A stretch of DNA of 64,000 nucleotides from Marsupella aquatica. Lineage: Eukaryota; Plantae; Marchantiophyta. Location: positions 7,547,251 through 7,611,250 of the forward strand of contig OZ316892.1 in the NCBI GenBank assembly GCA_973895155.1, read 5' to 3'. The position numbers and the translations under genes were made by a program. Numbering within the stretch: position 1 is the first letter of the stretch; each line of letters begins with the position of its first letter. This document shows, in pieces, positions 36,584 through 48,740 of this stretch. The notes under the pieces were generated by a model, which had not been told where the DNA came from, did not search any database, and worked only from the letters and a program-made list of their open reading frames with translations.

Positions 36584-37299
36584 CCTCATCTGGAAGAAGA
36601 GAAGCGGGAAAGAAGTATGTGTGATCTTTACTAGGATTTGCGTTTAGACGAATTGAGTATTCGTAATCCAGACCGGAACGACCAAGTAATCAGACCCGAT
36701 GCCAAATGTTTTGCTCTATCGTTGGTCATCATTCCTGTATGTCTGTGCTTTGACTCCCCCTAAGAAAAAGGAAAGTAAGGCAACTCCTTGATTTTATCTG
36801 GATAGGTATCGACATCCCCTTGGACAACTTAGCTGTTTCAGGATCTAACATCCGCCAAATGGATATAATTATGTCCACATTTCAGGACCGGCTCATAACC
36901 TTCCTATCACCCAAGACAAATGAAAGTGCAGAAGTCGCATAACTTTACTGAACGGAATCTCGAACGAAATGAGAAATATTTAAGTGAGCGGCAAGTTGCG
37001 AATCGTCCTCTGTTTTCTTCATCTGAATTTGAATACTTGTGAGAACTGTGTAAGACTCTCAACCGTGTCTAGCACAATCGATGGTTGATCTAGAGAGAAC
37101 TGAACGGGGCATATAGAATGAAGATGAACTGAGTGTAGGCTAGGAAGACGCAGCTCCTGACAAACTTCCGAACTTTCGATTTGTATGTATTAATTGCAAC
37201 CAAAGCTTTTCAAACAGATGGTCCGGTGTACAGAGATCATATTGTGGTCCAGGCTCCCTTCTTAAACAGAACAAGAAGGCTTCTAGCTCAATAAGTTAC

Positions 37300-37750
37300 A
37301 GTCAGAGCTGGAGTCGATCAAGGAGTTAAAGTGTGAGCTCGAGACGGTTCAGTCGAGGCCACAATTTCATCACCCACAGAAGCAACTAGATAAGAGCCAG
37401 CAGCGCCCCGTCCCTTCGCAATTTTCTGCACGGGACGGCTTGTTAGAATGTGTTTGAGGTCCCCCTCCTTAGAAATGGCTCTTCACAATAGCGAAAACTT
37501 CCATAATAGAGGATTGCATTCGATCAACCGGAGCCAGGCCGCAACTGAGGAGTCCTGACTTATGTTTTCCGAAAATATGCATGCAGTCCAACATATCATC
37601 CATGTTCAACACGAAGATGCTGGAAGAGGAGGCAGGGATCATTTTTAGTCAATAATGCCAGTGTAGACTTTGTCCAAGCAGTGATTAAATTCTGCTACGA
37701 TGCCCAAGTTGACTTCACCAATGGTGGCACTGCGGAAGAGTTCCTGAAAC
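37300..37750 (+). pseudogene. BTB/POZ paralog (copy D), heavily decayed
   Basis: GAGCTCGAGACGGTTCAGTCGAGG..CAGAAGCAACTAGAT, the ATGCATGCAG acceptor and AAGCAGTGATTAAATTCTGCTACGATGCC match the other copies, with internal deletions. Confidence 0.8.
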
Positions 37751-39599
37751 TCTTCTGATTGCAAGTCTTCGATATTTACTGGATCAATTCTTTGCGGAAG
37801 AGGTCGCAAGGTCTAGTTGCAAGTGGGGGGTGAGTCGCTGATGAGAAGTTTGGCCTGAGTCATAGAAGGAAACTTGGGTCAGAAAAAGTGGTACCGCAAA
37901 GGAAACGCGATTTCACATATGAATGTGTCATGATCGAAAATCCTCGAAAAAGTCTAAACGGGTCACTCGACATCATCACGACTGTTATTTTCCGGCTTCC
38001 TTCAAAGGTGAGAGGCTTTACTGCTCTATGTAGGCTTTGAAGCATTTAGTAACGAGCTTGGAAAGACCCGTCTTCCTTGACAACCATTGCCGTCATCTTT
38101 GAAAAGTTCATGCTGAAGACTACGCACGTCATACGCATTGTCAACGAGCTTCTTCGTTATTGTCTCTGTCTCTTGCTATTTCCTCTCTGCTCAGACAATA
38201 TGCACAAGCTCAGCAAGTAAATTAAGAAGCAAACTTCTCTTTTCATTAGCGTCAGGAAGCACATTCAAGGATCAGCCGGAACTCTGTTTCACATTCCGAT
38301 TTTGTTTGGTTTGGGCTTCGCTGCGCGAAACTGCAGGTTATAGCAGAATTCAATTGCTAATAATCTTGCATTTCTGCACTAGCTGAAAGCTTAGGGACCT
38401 CCTACCTACAATTTCAGGTACGTATGTGAGGAGAGTTGTATACTTGCAATCCTGCGAGCGATCAATGTCATTCCTCCACAATAGTCTCCAATTGATGGAA
38501 CTGAAGGCAATGAACTCAAGGTTTGCTATTTGACATTCAGATTACAGTACCCAGCAAATGACTCAGATGGATGAACAGGACTGCGATACGAGTGCAGGAT
38601 GCAGTGACGTACTTGGATCATTCCAGGGTCTGAATTCCATACACAATCGTAGAGATGTGTGATATGGCCCTCGAGATAGTGCTCTCTGTGACGGGGAATG
38701 CCCTCTTCCCTCATTGAACTTGCCGAGATAACATGAGAATGGGTTATGAGTCAAAAGGATGCATGAGACTCCTCCATCATCAATTAAAGTCCATAGTTTG
38801 AAGACAAATTTCAGTTTAGTGAGTCGAAATTCACAGGCAGCAGGTCTCAAGTCTGGTCCAGCAATGTCTTTTTGTGCATATATCACAATCTGTGACTTCA
38901 AAGACTCTCTCATTCAGAGTATCTGAACTACCAGCATACTTCTTAAAAATAACACATTGCCAGAAACATGTTTCGCCTTGCACCGAGTAATCAACGGAGG
39001 TGGAGAATTGGACGTGTGCATCCCAGTTGGGTTTCTGTTAGGTGACTTTTGAGTCAACATTCACTAGCAATGGCTTTGTTAATGAGGAACTTCTGTCAAT
39101 CTTGGAGACACGTTGGAAAGTTGTCACCAAACGTGATAACTGATCTAGCGTGATCACACGAGAAAAAGAAACAGAGTGACCTCGAGGCCTCCTATTCACA
39201 ACTATGGTTGGCTTCATTCACAGAATGCTCAATCTAGAATACATACACTAGTCCACACGCAGGGCGATTCCTGAGACAGAACCTGTAGACCGTTCTAGAG
39301 CACCTAGGTTGTCTATTATCAACTCCTATCAGAACGTGATTTAAACCCTGGACCAAAGCTTATGAGCATGTAATTAAAGAGTTCTTGACTATGTTGGAAG
39401 CAGCCAATCTACGACAGGCATGCGGTAGACGAACTCCGTTGTGTCCTTAGCATGCTACCGAACTCCTCGTAAGGATAAATCATCAGTGAGGGTCTCCAGG
39501 CGTTGCATTTTGGTGGGACAACCAGAGTTCTGCTGCAGGCAACTGACATTGGTCTAGATTCTGGTGATTGATATATTGTCATAGACTGAGAAAAGATAA

Positions 39600-40270
39600 T
39601 AACTGTATATAGATGTATATGCCGAAGAACAAAATCTCAAAAGCGGGAGACAGACAGGAGACCCAATAAAAGGGAGCAAGCCCAAAGCTCCAAAGCGAGA
39701 CAGACGGGATACCCAATAAAAGGTGGCAAACCCAAGAGCACCATAGAGCCAAAATGCCCACTAGTCCCCCACTCTCACACGGGAGCCTGGTAGAGGGCAC
39801 AATCCAGGCGGACCAAAGAGCCAAAAACACACAAGTCTTCCACTACTTCAAAGGAGCCTGGTCGAGGTCTACAAAAGGGTGGCAAACCCAAGAAGACCAA
39901 AGAGCCAAAGCCCACCAGTCCCCCACTACTACAAAGGAGTCTGGTAGAGCTCTGGACTGAAGAGCATAGGAGGGACGCTAAGTAGAATTTGTCAGACCCT
40001 ACAATAGTAGCCTTGGGTCTTCCTAAAAATAGTGAATGTACGAGCCCTTTATAGTGCATCTCTTTGTCGTGGAACAGACACCGAAAGGCATTGAGGACAG
40101 AGGAGAAGGCCTCGCATATTTCGAAGTGGACTGGCAGATCTGCACATGGATCTTGGATATTTATAAACTGACTTGGGCATGGAGGCCATGAGCACACGAT
40201 GGGTTATTGTCTCCAACTTGTTTGGTGACTAAATTTGGGAGAGCAATATCGAATCTATCAAAATGATTTG
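39600..40270 (-). mobile_element. Possible 5'-truncated LINE 3' fragment
   Basis: Minus-strand VLNAFRCLFHD resembles the C-terminal W..R...F region of ORF2. T-rich 3' UTR-like sequence with an internal repeat (~39720 and ~39877) and an AT-repeat-like tail. Weak evidence. Confidence 0.35.
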
Positions 40271-41414
40271 TCCTCGACTCTAGATTGAATGATGCAATTG
40301 GTCGGAGCACTCTCTCCAGGTTTTGTCCCCATGCGGTTTTCCACGTTCCACTCTACAAAGAAGATCCGTTTTCTGGAAACTTGCAAAGTGCTCCAATACC
40401 AACTCAGCTATCAAAGCGCTAATGTTGCATTTCTAAGATTGGCATACTTTTGGCCCCGCGAGATTTCAGCGGGATTGAATCAGAAGCGATGTCATGTGAC
40501 TTGGTTTAAGTGCGACAACTGATTCGGCCTCCGAGACTTCTCGATTTCATAGCATTTTGTCACCTTTAGGGCTTTCAGTCTCATCTTGTCAAATCCCGTC
40601 TACTGACTTTATTCTAGTAGTGTCGTCACCCTTGTTTGACACAATAGTGCTTCTGCCCTTGAGCTTGATCACGATGAGTTCCAATGAATTGTTAACGACG
40701 TGACGTGCATTCATTCTGTTGCTTGTATCCATATAATGCAAGAGAGAGAGGTGATCAAATGTGTCTTTTATTGTCGAAATGAATAAAGGTTCCGATAAAT
40801 GACAGTATAATCAACTGTCTTAAATTGGGTTTCTTTTGCTGTCCTTCATACGAAAGGAGGACAAAAAACCCTGTAAATTTCCACTGGTTTTTGGAATTAC
40901 CCTACGCTTTTTACAATCCTCGCTGTTTGAACTATCTTTCTGACCGAATCAACTAATGCATAATGACTGAATTCTCAATTCTACCATGAAAAGTTGGGGA
41001 TAATCATCGTCCCATTTGGATTTGAGTGAAATTTTCTATTCCCTCATCCCGTTTATCTACAAGTTTGGACTTCAGCTCCCGTACATTTCTGGCTAGTGTA
41101 ACAAAACCTGCAAACTTCGAAGATTGCGGGATATGTAGGCTATTTCTATTCCTCAATTTGTACAAGCCGCAGATTTTTTCTTGCGTGCACTGTTGTGTCG
41201 CCCTTTCTGGCTCTCAGAGTCGTGTAAACAACATCAAGGAATCCAATTTGCCGAGACAATTGCCAATATTCAACCTAAAGAGCAGAACTGTTCCAATGAA
41301 TTCGCACCACTTAATTTAACTCGCTCCCGTGAGACGTTGACTGTCTTGACTACGCAGCGTGCTGTGCAGAAATCGGAGCAGTACATTAATCGTCTGCAGT
41401 GAACCTCAATGATT

Positions 41415-42206
41415 TTATATCCCAGAGGAGGTTTGAGCAGACATCATTTCCCGGAATTCGAGTATATCACACTGTCCATCGCCATTCCGGTCTACCTTAC
41501 GGATCATTTTCTCACAGCTGTTCAGATTCTTTCCTTCTGGCATTCCAAGGTTTATCAGAACAGCTTGCAATTCTTCCGCAGAGATGAAACCATCTTGATT
41601 CCTATCAAAGACACGGAACGTCTCCAACATCAAATCCCTCTCTTCACTTTCATCCTCATCCGCGACGCTGAAGGCTCTCTTACGCTCGTCTTCTTGTTCC
41701 TCAACAGCAGAGAGATGTGTCTCGTAGAGAGAGAGAAATTCTTCGAAGTCCACAGCCCCGTCGTTGTTGCGATCCACACAGGAGATCATGGAGTCGGCGT
41801 CGGCGTCCGATAAGTCTTTCCCGGAGCACTTCGTGCACCACCGCCGAAGCTCCTCTCCGGATATCAGCCCGTCTGCGTTCTCATCGAACCGGTCAAACAC
41901 TGTCCGCATCTCCGTCTTGCAAATGGAGTACTGCGGTCTTGCACCGCCTTCAGACGATCTTAAAGTTCCTTCCGGTTCCACTCCAACAATTGAGGGGGCG
42001 GGGCTTTCTTCCGATAGTGGAACAGACAACGATGCTTTGGAGTTATTTAGAATTGATTGCAAATACCATGATTGATCTAGCAAAGAAAATATGATCGAGC
42101 CATTCATCAAGCACGGAACGCCTTGCATGCTCAGCGATACTGCCGCCATCGCTCCTTTTTTGGAAACAGAACTCCTCCGCTCGACCGTGCCAAGCAGTTC
42201 AGCCAA
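41415..42206 (-). CDS. Calmodulin-like (CML) calcium sensor with 4 EF-hands and an N-terminal extension
   Basis: Loops DENADGLISGEE, DRNNDGAVDFEE, DRNQDGFISAEE and DRNGDGQCDILE, with an acidic linker and CEKMIRKVD typical of plant CMLs. Confidence 0.93.
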   Translation of the reverse strand: MAELLGTVERRSSVSKKGAMAAVSLSMQGVPCLMNGSIIFSLLDQSWYLQSILNNSKASLSVPLSEESPAPSIVGVEPEGTLRSSEGGARPQYSICKTEMRTVFDRFDENADGLISGEELRRWCTKCSGKDLSDADADSMISCVDRNNDGAVDFEEFLSLYETHLSAVEEQEDERKRAFSVADEDESEERDLMLETFRVFDRNQDGFISAEELQAVLINLGMPEGKNLNSCEKMIRKVDRNGDGQCDILEFREMMSAQTSSGI

Positions 42207-43014
42207 ACACGAAAATCAAGAGAGAGCCAACCGACTCGCTCGCTGGAAAGCACCGGTCTCGAGAAGCTTACAGACAACGCACAGAGTTTGCTTCACTTTC
42301 TCCTTCCTTAGGTGACAGTGCAATTCAGCTTTTGGGGTGTCGAAGTTGGCAACGGAATGCAAGGAGAAGGAAGAAAGGATGAGGTCGTGAGTGAGAGATG
42401 TGAGAATGATATGTCTCGGGCCTAATAACAAATGAACCGTTTGATGCAAAAGCCGTCAGAGAAAGAAGAAGATGATGAGGCCGTGCTGAGGGAGGCAAGC
42501 TAGACTTGTTGAATCTGTTTCAGTGATGTCTCCTGCGAGGCTTAATATACCACTCACACCACCCGGAGCCCTCCGCGCTTGCAGGCTTTCTCGCGGGGCT
42601 GCATCTTGGCTGGACCGCGTAGGACGCAGACGCGTGTGAGAACTACTACAGCACATGAACAGGCAGCCAAGAGATTTCGTCAGCACAGAACAGAATCCAA
42701 TAATTTGTATGCGCTGTGGAGAATGACTTCGTCACCACTGAAAAAGATCCGAGACTTTGTGTATCAGAAACGTGCAGACAGAACAGCGAGACACGCCATA
42801 TCCCGATTTTGCGGTGAAGCTTCATGAATCGTTTTCTTTTTCCTCCTCTTCGCATGATCGGGAAGCCTCTCCGCGGCAGTTCGAACACGCGGAAGGAGAG
42901 AGGTGTCGTTTGTGTTTCCCGAAGCGTGGGGCTCGCCGAATTCCTCCTCCCATGATTGATCCAGAAGCTGCAGAATCGTTCTGTTGTGCTTCGTCAGAAT
43001 TTTCCCTCTGCTTA

Positions 43015-44430
43015 TTTTATAAATGCTCAGGGAACCCTACAGTGTAATGATCTGTAAGTGTGTAATGATCTGTAAGTGTAAGAGGTTATGTATAGGGTAA
43101 TGACAAATTGTATACACTAATGACATTGGTATGGGGTAAGTGTAAGAGGTTATGTATAGGGTAATGACAAATTGTATACACTAATGACATTGGTATGGGG
43201 TTACTAGTATGTAACCTTGTGACCAGAAAGTGAGAAAATATTGACTTGGGGCAAGTTTGTCTTAGCTTTTGTGAAAACAGGTTTCAAACCAGAATCCCAA
43301 CCCAAACTGTCATTATCATACAAAATACCTGTCCAAAAAAAGATTACAGGGCAATACTTTCTGGGCACAGGGTTGTGGAGATGATGGCACCTAGTAGAAA
43401 AAGTTACTCACAGGTAACCTTTCTTCCTGACAAGAATTACCTACTACCAGGGTTGTGGAGATGATGGCACCTAGTAGAAAAAGTTACTCACAGGTAACCT
43501 TTCTTCCTGACAGGAATTACCTACTTGGTACTGCTCTGGAAAGTACAGGTTATGTACATTGTAACCATGGGAACCCAAGTCCTAGAGTTGAATGAGAACA
43601 TAGGCTGCTAATTTTATAAATTCTCAGGGAACCCTACAGTGTAATGATCTGTAAGTGTAAGACGTTATGTAGTTGGTACTGCTCTGGAAGGGAAGAAGTT
43701 ATGTACATTGTAACCATGGGAACCGAAGTTCTTGAGTTGAATGAGAAGAGAGGCTGCTAATTTTATAAATTGTCAGGGAACCCTACAGTGTAATGATCTG
43801 TAAGTTTAAGAGGCTATGTACTTGGTACTGCTCTGGAAGGTAAGAGAGGTTATGTACATTGTAACCATGGGAACCGAAGTCCTTGAGTTGAATGAGAACA
43901 GAGGCTGCTAATTTTATAAACTCTCAGGGAACCCTACAGTGTAATGATCTGTAAGTGTAAGAGGTTATGTACTTGGTACTGCTCTGGAAGGGAAGAGGTT
44001 ACTACATTGTAACCATGGGAATTGAAGCCCTTCACTTGAGTGAAAACAGAACCTGTTGAGCCTGCCCCAACGTTTTGTAATGTGAACAGCAGCAGCAAGT
44101 TCTCCCAAATGGATGGCCCTGATCAAATCTTGGAGACCAAAAAAAAGTGGAAAGTGCCCCCAGCCAACGTCTTGTAAAGTGTCTTACATGATCCTTGTAT
44201 AGCCTTAAGTGTAATGATCTCAAAGTGTAAGAGGTTGCATACAAGGTAAGCATGGGAACCCAAGTCCTTCAGTTGTGTGAGAAAAGCATCTGCTGAGGCT
44301 GCTGCGTGAGCAAAGAATACAGGACTTTCTAAGTGTCATGACACTAGTGGAACCATACATTTAAGTAATCTGGAAGTGTGTCATACATGGTAACCATGGG
44401 AACCCAAGTCCTTCAATTGAATGAGAACAA
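43015..44430. repeat. Compound tandem-repeat block: ~150-bp unit (~3.4 full copies plus fragments) with ~64-bp and ~80-bp duplications
   Basis: TTGGTACTGCTCTGGAA recurs at ~43525, 43673, 43822 and 43973. CAGGGAACCCTACAGTGTAATGATCTGTAAGT also occurs at ~43028. Duplications at 43073/43137 and 43368/43448. Confidence 0.9.
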
Positions 44431-47400
44431 AGGCTCCATGATCAGAATGCAGGAAGAATCAATTGAAAACTTTCTGTTACAGGTGAAGTGTATGTTTACA
44501 TGTCGTCCCCGAGACAGGAATGTAAAATGTAAGAATGCCAGTCAAGTTAAGCATTTCATTTCGGTGGGTTTTGCCTGTCCATTTAGGCATCACACATCAT
44601 ACATTTGTCCCTTGCAAGCTTCCACTGAGCAGATGCTGCTACTCCCCTGGAAACTGAAGCTCCTCGGCATGCTCCCATAGGACATGCTTGCCAAGATGCT
44701 CAAAGGGACCACACTAACCATAGGGGTCTCAAACATCAGTGAGTTTCACTGCGCTACCATTATTCCACTTATATTTACCACTTATGCTCATTGTTGTGGG
44801 GGTGAAAAAGCACGAAAGTGCTTGGCATATCTAAGTCCAGAGGTCAAAGGTCAGAAGTCCTAGCATCAGATTGGCCAAGAATCAGAAACTCACCCATTAT
44901 TTCTTTGTTCTTGTAGCCAGTTGTAGTTTGAGGTAAGAATTTGGCAAAAAGTTGCCTACACTAAAGTGGCTGCTCTCCATGGAGTACAGCAGCAGTAGAT
45001 GTACACATTTTTATATCCATCGCTATATAAGCACAGTTATTGTCTGAGACAACTTGGTCCCTTAAGACAAATGAAATGGTAAGATCAAATTATTAGCCTA
45101 GTTCCAGAGAAAATCAACACATTTTTTCCATTTCTACCAGTTTTCAGGGGTTGGTCAGTAGGAATGACACATGATTGCATAACAATTGTACTAATCTTCA
45201 TGGAGAAACACATGAATGTGATCCAATTTATGAAGAGAATCATATATTATCAGGTTCAAGGATTGTTTTTTTGTAGCGGATGCAAGGGTATACAACGTTA
45301 CAACATTATTTTGTGCAACTTGGTGTGAAATATGGAAATCTCTTTCAATTCCTTTGGCACTTTTCATTTGTGCCCTTCATAAAACTCTCCATGAAAATTC
45401 ATTAGGGATAGTAATGTGTTTCTCTTAGTTTGGGCCCAAGTAGGGTCAATCACTTGTGATGCCGGAAGTTTGTTATGGAGAGATGTCTTGGACACATCTA
45501 CCGAATTCTGAATCTAACCATGAAACCAAGTTCCTAAATTGCAGGAAGCTACCAAATCTCTCCAAGGCCAATAGCTAGAGACGTTCTAAGGTCATGCAAT
45601 TTTACATGCAACTAGTGTACCTATATGTAAAATGTATATAAAATACCATGATTGCGCATCTATCCACCGAAAGAATTACAATGGAAAAGGTGGCACAGGT
45701 TATTAGGCAATCATGACTGTCGACAGTGAAAAGAAGATCACACTAATAAGAAGTAACACGTTAGTAGGCAATCATGACTGTCCAAAGTGAAAGTAAGAAT
45801 GACACGAAATAGAAGGATCTCAGTTCACACTTTCTAAAAACGATTAACCTGGTTTTCTATCCATCGATGGTCACAATTGGCAAATGCAGAGGCAAATGCC
45901 ACTCGTAATAAAGTTTTGTGTGTTGTAGATTCCTTGGATTCGTAATTTTAGGTACACACCAACAACCGAGCCCACCCTATAAATTTTGATGCTGCTGCTA
46001 TATGGTGAATTCACTATTAAGTATTTTGTCTTATTCATATTTTCTGTTGTGCATCCAATCCCTTTAGAGTCAAAGAATTTCTACCCACTTGAGATAGATT
46101 CTATCTCTTCTCATGAAGTGAGAGAAAGAAATGATTTTAGATTAATGGCCATACCTTGTGTTTTAAGTTCTCCTCATGATTTAGTTTACTAAGTTTAGGG
46201 TTTTGATTGAATTTTGTCACTTCCTCAGGAAAGTGAGGATCTACCTTATGTACACAACTTTTCAGTACCTTTGTACCATGGACTTCTGTGTTTTTCTGGT
46301 CATTAAGGCAAGTGAGTATCTATCTTATGTGCGCAACTACCTTTGTATCGTAGACTTTTCTTAGTCCTTATGTGCAAAGCTTCCCTTGTATCATAGACAT
46401 TTCTTGGTCACATGGTTGCATGTGCTGGACTTCTACTCTTATATCACCCTCAATCTTAACAAATACTATGCAATAGCCAAAAACAGATTAGATCATCTAC
46501 ACATCACTACAAGGCAAAAAAATGAAAATGTTCTAGGATGAGGATGTTAAATGACCACACCCTTGCACCTTGTCATACCACAAAGGATCAGTAATTACAG
46601 TTAGTACATGTATCAAGCTACGTTGCATGTGTTTTCAAGGATATTTCTCCTTCCAATTGAGATCCTAGCATTTGAGCTAATACCAAAGCATCTATATGCC
46701 TTACATTATTGACCACCAGGCAGGCAACTGTCTTGATTTCCAAGTCCCACTTACCGTGGAACATGATCTGTTGTCGTTACCATGTCTAGGACCTTTGTTT
46801 AGTTGAATTTACCTTGCAGTTGGCTCTCAGTGCTCTTTCTTCCTCTCTAACTTTTGACCTCGTTGTTTTATCCATCCATCCTACTCTACTAGGGCATCTC
46901 AACCTAAACTTTTTTGTTCCCTATTATCACCTTGTACTTCCCTGGCACATGGCTCTTGGATCAGGTGGTTGGCCCACGGGTTTGGTGACCAGTACTTTTA
47001 TACCGGGTTTTTTAGTGACCAAGATGTCCGCGTCCGCTCTGTCTGCTTCGGACTAACTATGAGTCGGCTTCCAACTCAGCTTACATTTCATATTGCCCAA
47101 CGGCCAGGCTGTAGGCATCAATGGGCTCTTTGCTAACAAGCCATGCTTGACCTCAAAGATTGCTTCAGTGTGATCTAGGTAAACAGTGTTTATGTCACGA
47201 AGCTTGTCATCATAGTTGGTAGCTGACATAGTCTGTTGCGTTTGTTGATTTTTGGTGAGTTTTGTGTTTGGTGCTTCTTCCTCTTGATGCAGAGTGTGTG
47301 TTCTCAAGGGTCTCACTATATGAAGGCCCCCATCACCTGTGGTGTTTTGAAGCCTCAGACCCCCTATAATGCAAGAAAAACTATATTTTTTTCCCTTATT

Positions 47401-48320
47401 TTAAGTAGAATATTCCTGGAAAATTCCAATTTTTAATTAGAAAGGCCTTAAGGTAATGTATTGGCATCTCGTGCAACATCTTTCTTGCCTCTCTTGCTTC
47501 TGAGGTAGCAGCTTCCCTAGACTCTTTTTGTTCACGCATGTTATCTAATCTCCATTTATCCTCTGTCTCAACGAACTGCAGCTGCCTAAACATATTTTTC
47601 TCACTCAATTTCTAAAGGTAAACTTTGGCCGAATTAGGCCCGTAGCTTGTGAGGGAACTACTCTTCTAGCTGTCAGTTCCTTGTCGTGCGGTCCCTCCCC
47701 TATGTATATTTTGTGGGCTGTGTGGGTGTCCCACAAGTTGACTGACCTTGCATAGTTGATCTGGGTGTTGCCTGAGAAGCATTGTGAGATCCAGTTGTAA
47801 GTGGTGTTACGGTTGGCTCACCATGCTCAAGCACTGTTGGTGGAAGCACATCTTTGGTCACTACAGATTCCTCCGATTGCTCTGATCGACAAATCATCCA
47901 TAGGCTGTCCATCATCGATTCAAGATTCAGTTACACATGGGGTTACGCATGGCGTAGCTGGATTGTTTTGAGTGACATGCAAATCATAATATGCAAGTTA
48001 AATACGGCAATTGAAGGCATGCATGTGTAAATGACAATCTCAAAGAAAGTCAGAGCTGCTCATAAACTTCAAGTTAGAGGGAACATTCATTACCTTGATG
48101 GTGTTGGAGCTGCAATATTTTGGTTTTGATTTTCCTCAGCTTAACCACCATCATAGTCATTGAAACCCTGTTCAACAAACACTTTGGAATGTCCAGGCAA
48201 TCAACAGTCATAGCTTGTGCTAGGTGGGGACACATTTTCCCTATGCCCATACAAGGCATGCATCCTCTCAAAGTCCGGGCTCAAAGTGAGGGCAGATTTT
48301 GTCCAATTTTGGCTTCTATC

Positions 48321-48427
48321 TGTTTGATGGTGATAACAATAGTCTCAGTATAGTTTCGGTAATGGTACATATGGTGGTGTCGGGATGACCGGCTGATCCG
48401 GTCATCCGGTCAAGGTAGAGTCTAACA
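48321..48427 (-). repeat. 3' LTR (107 bp)
   Basis: TG...CA ends, identical to 55028-55134, preceded on the minus strand by the purine tract. Confidence 0.96.
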
Positions 48428-48740
48428 CTCCCCTTTGGATATATAGTGACAACTATATAGACAGCATAGACTATACCTAAATTATATCATGTTCATAGGG
48501 GTACATGATATAAGTACAATCGAGGTAGACTGCCTCGTTAAAAAACCTTTATCAACTCTAGCTTAGTAAAAACTCTACCAGTGTAGCAGAGAAAAAATAT
48601 GAGTGCTAAAGGAAAAAGAGTGCAGCCTAACAGTACTCGTCGTAATAAATGTCAATATAAAATAAAGTTAGATGCTATAGTAAATCTAGCTTTAACATCT
48701 GTTTCATCAGTCGGTCGTCAACAGCATGTCGTCAGCATCA

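Noticed and set aside
37860-39570. Coding-like composition on the minus strand
   Set aside because: The frames are repeatedly interrupted and no family could be recognised; a translated search is needed.
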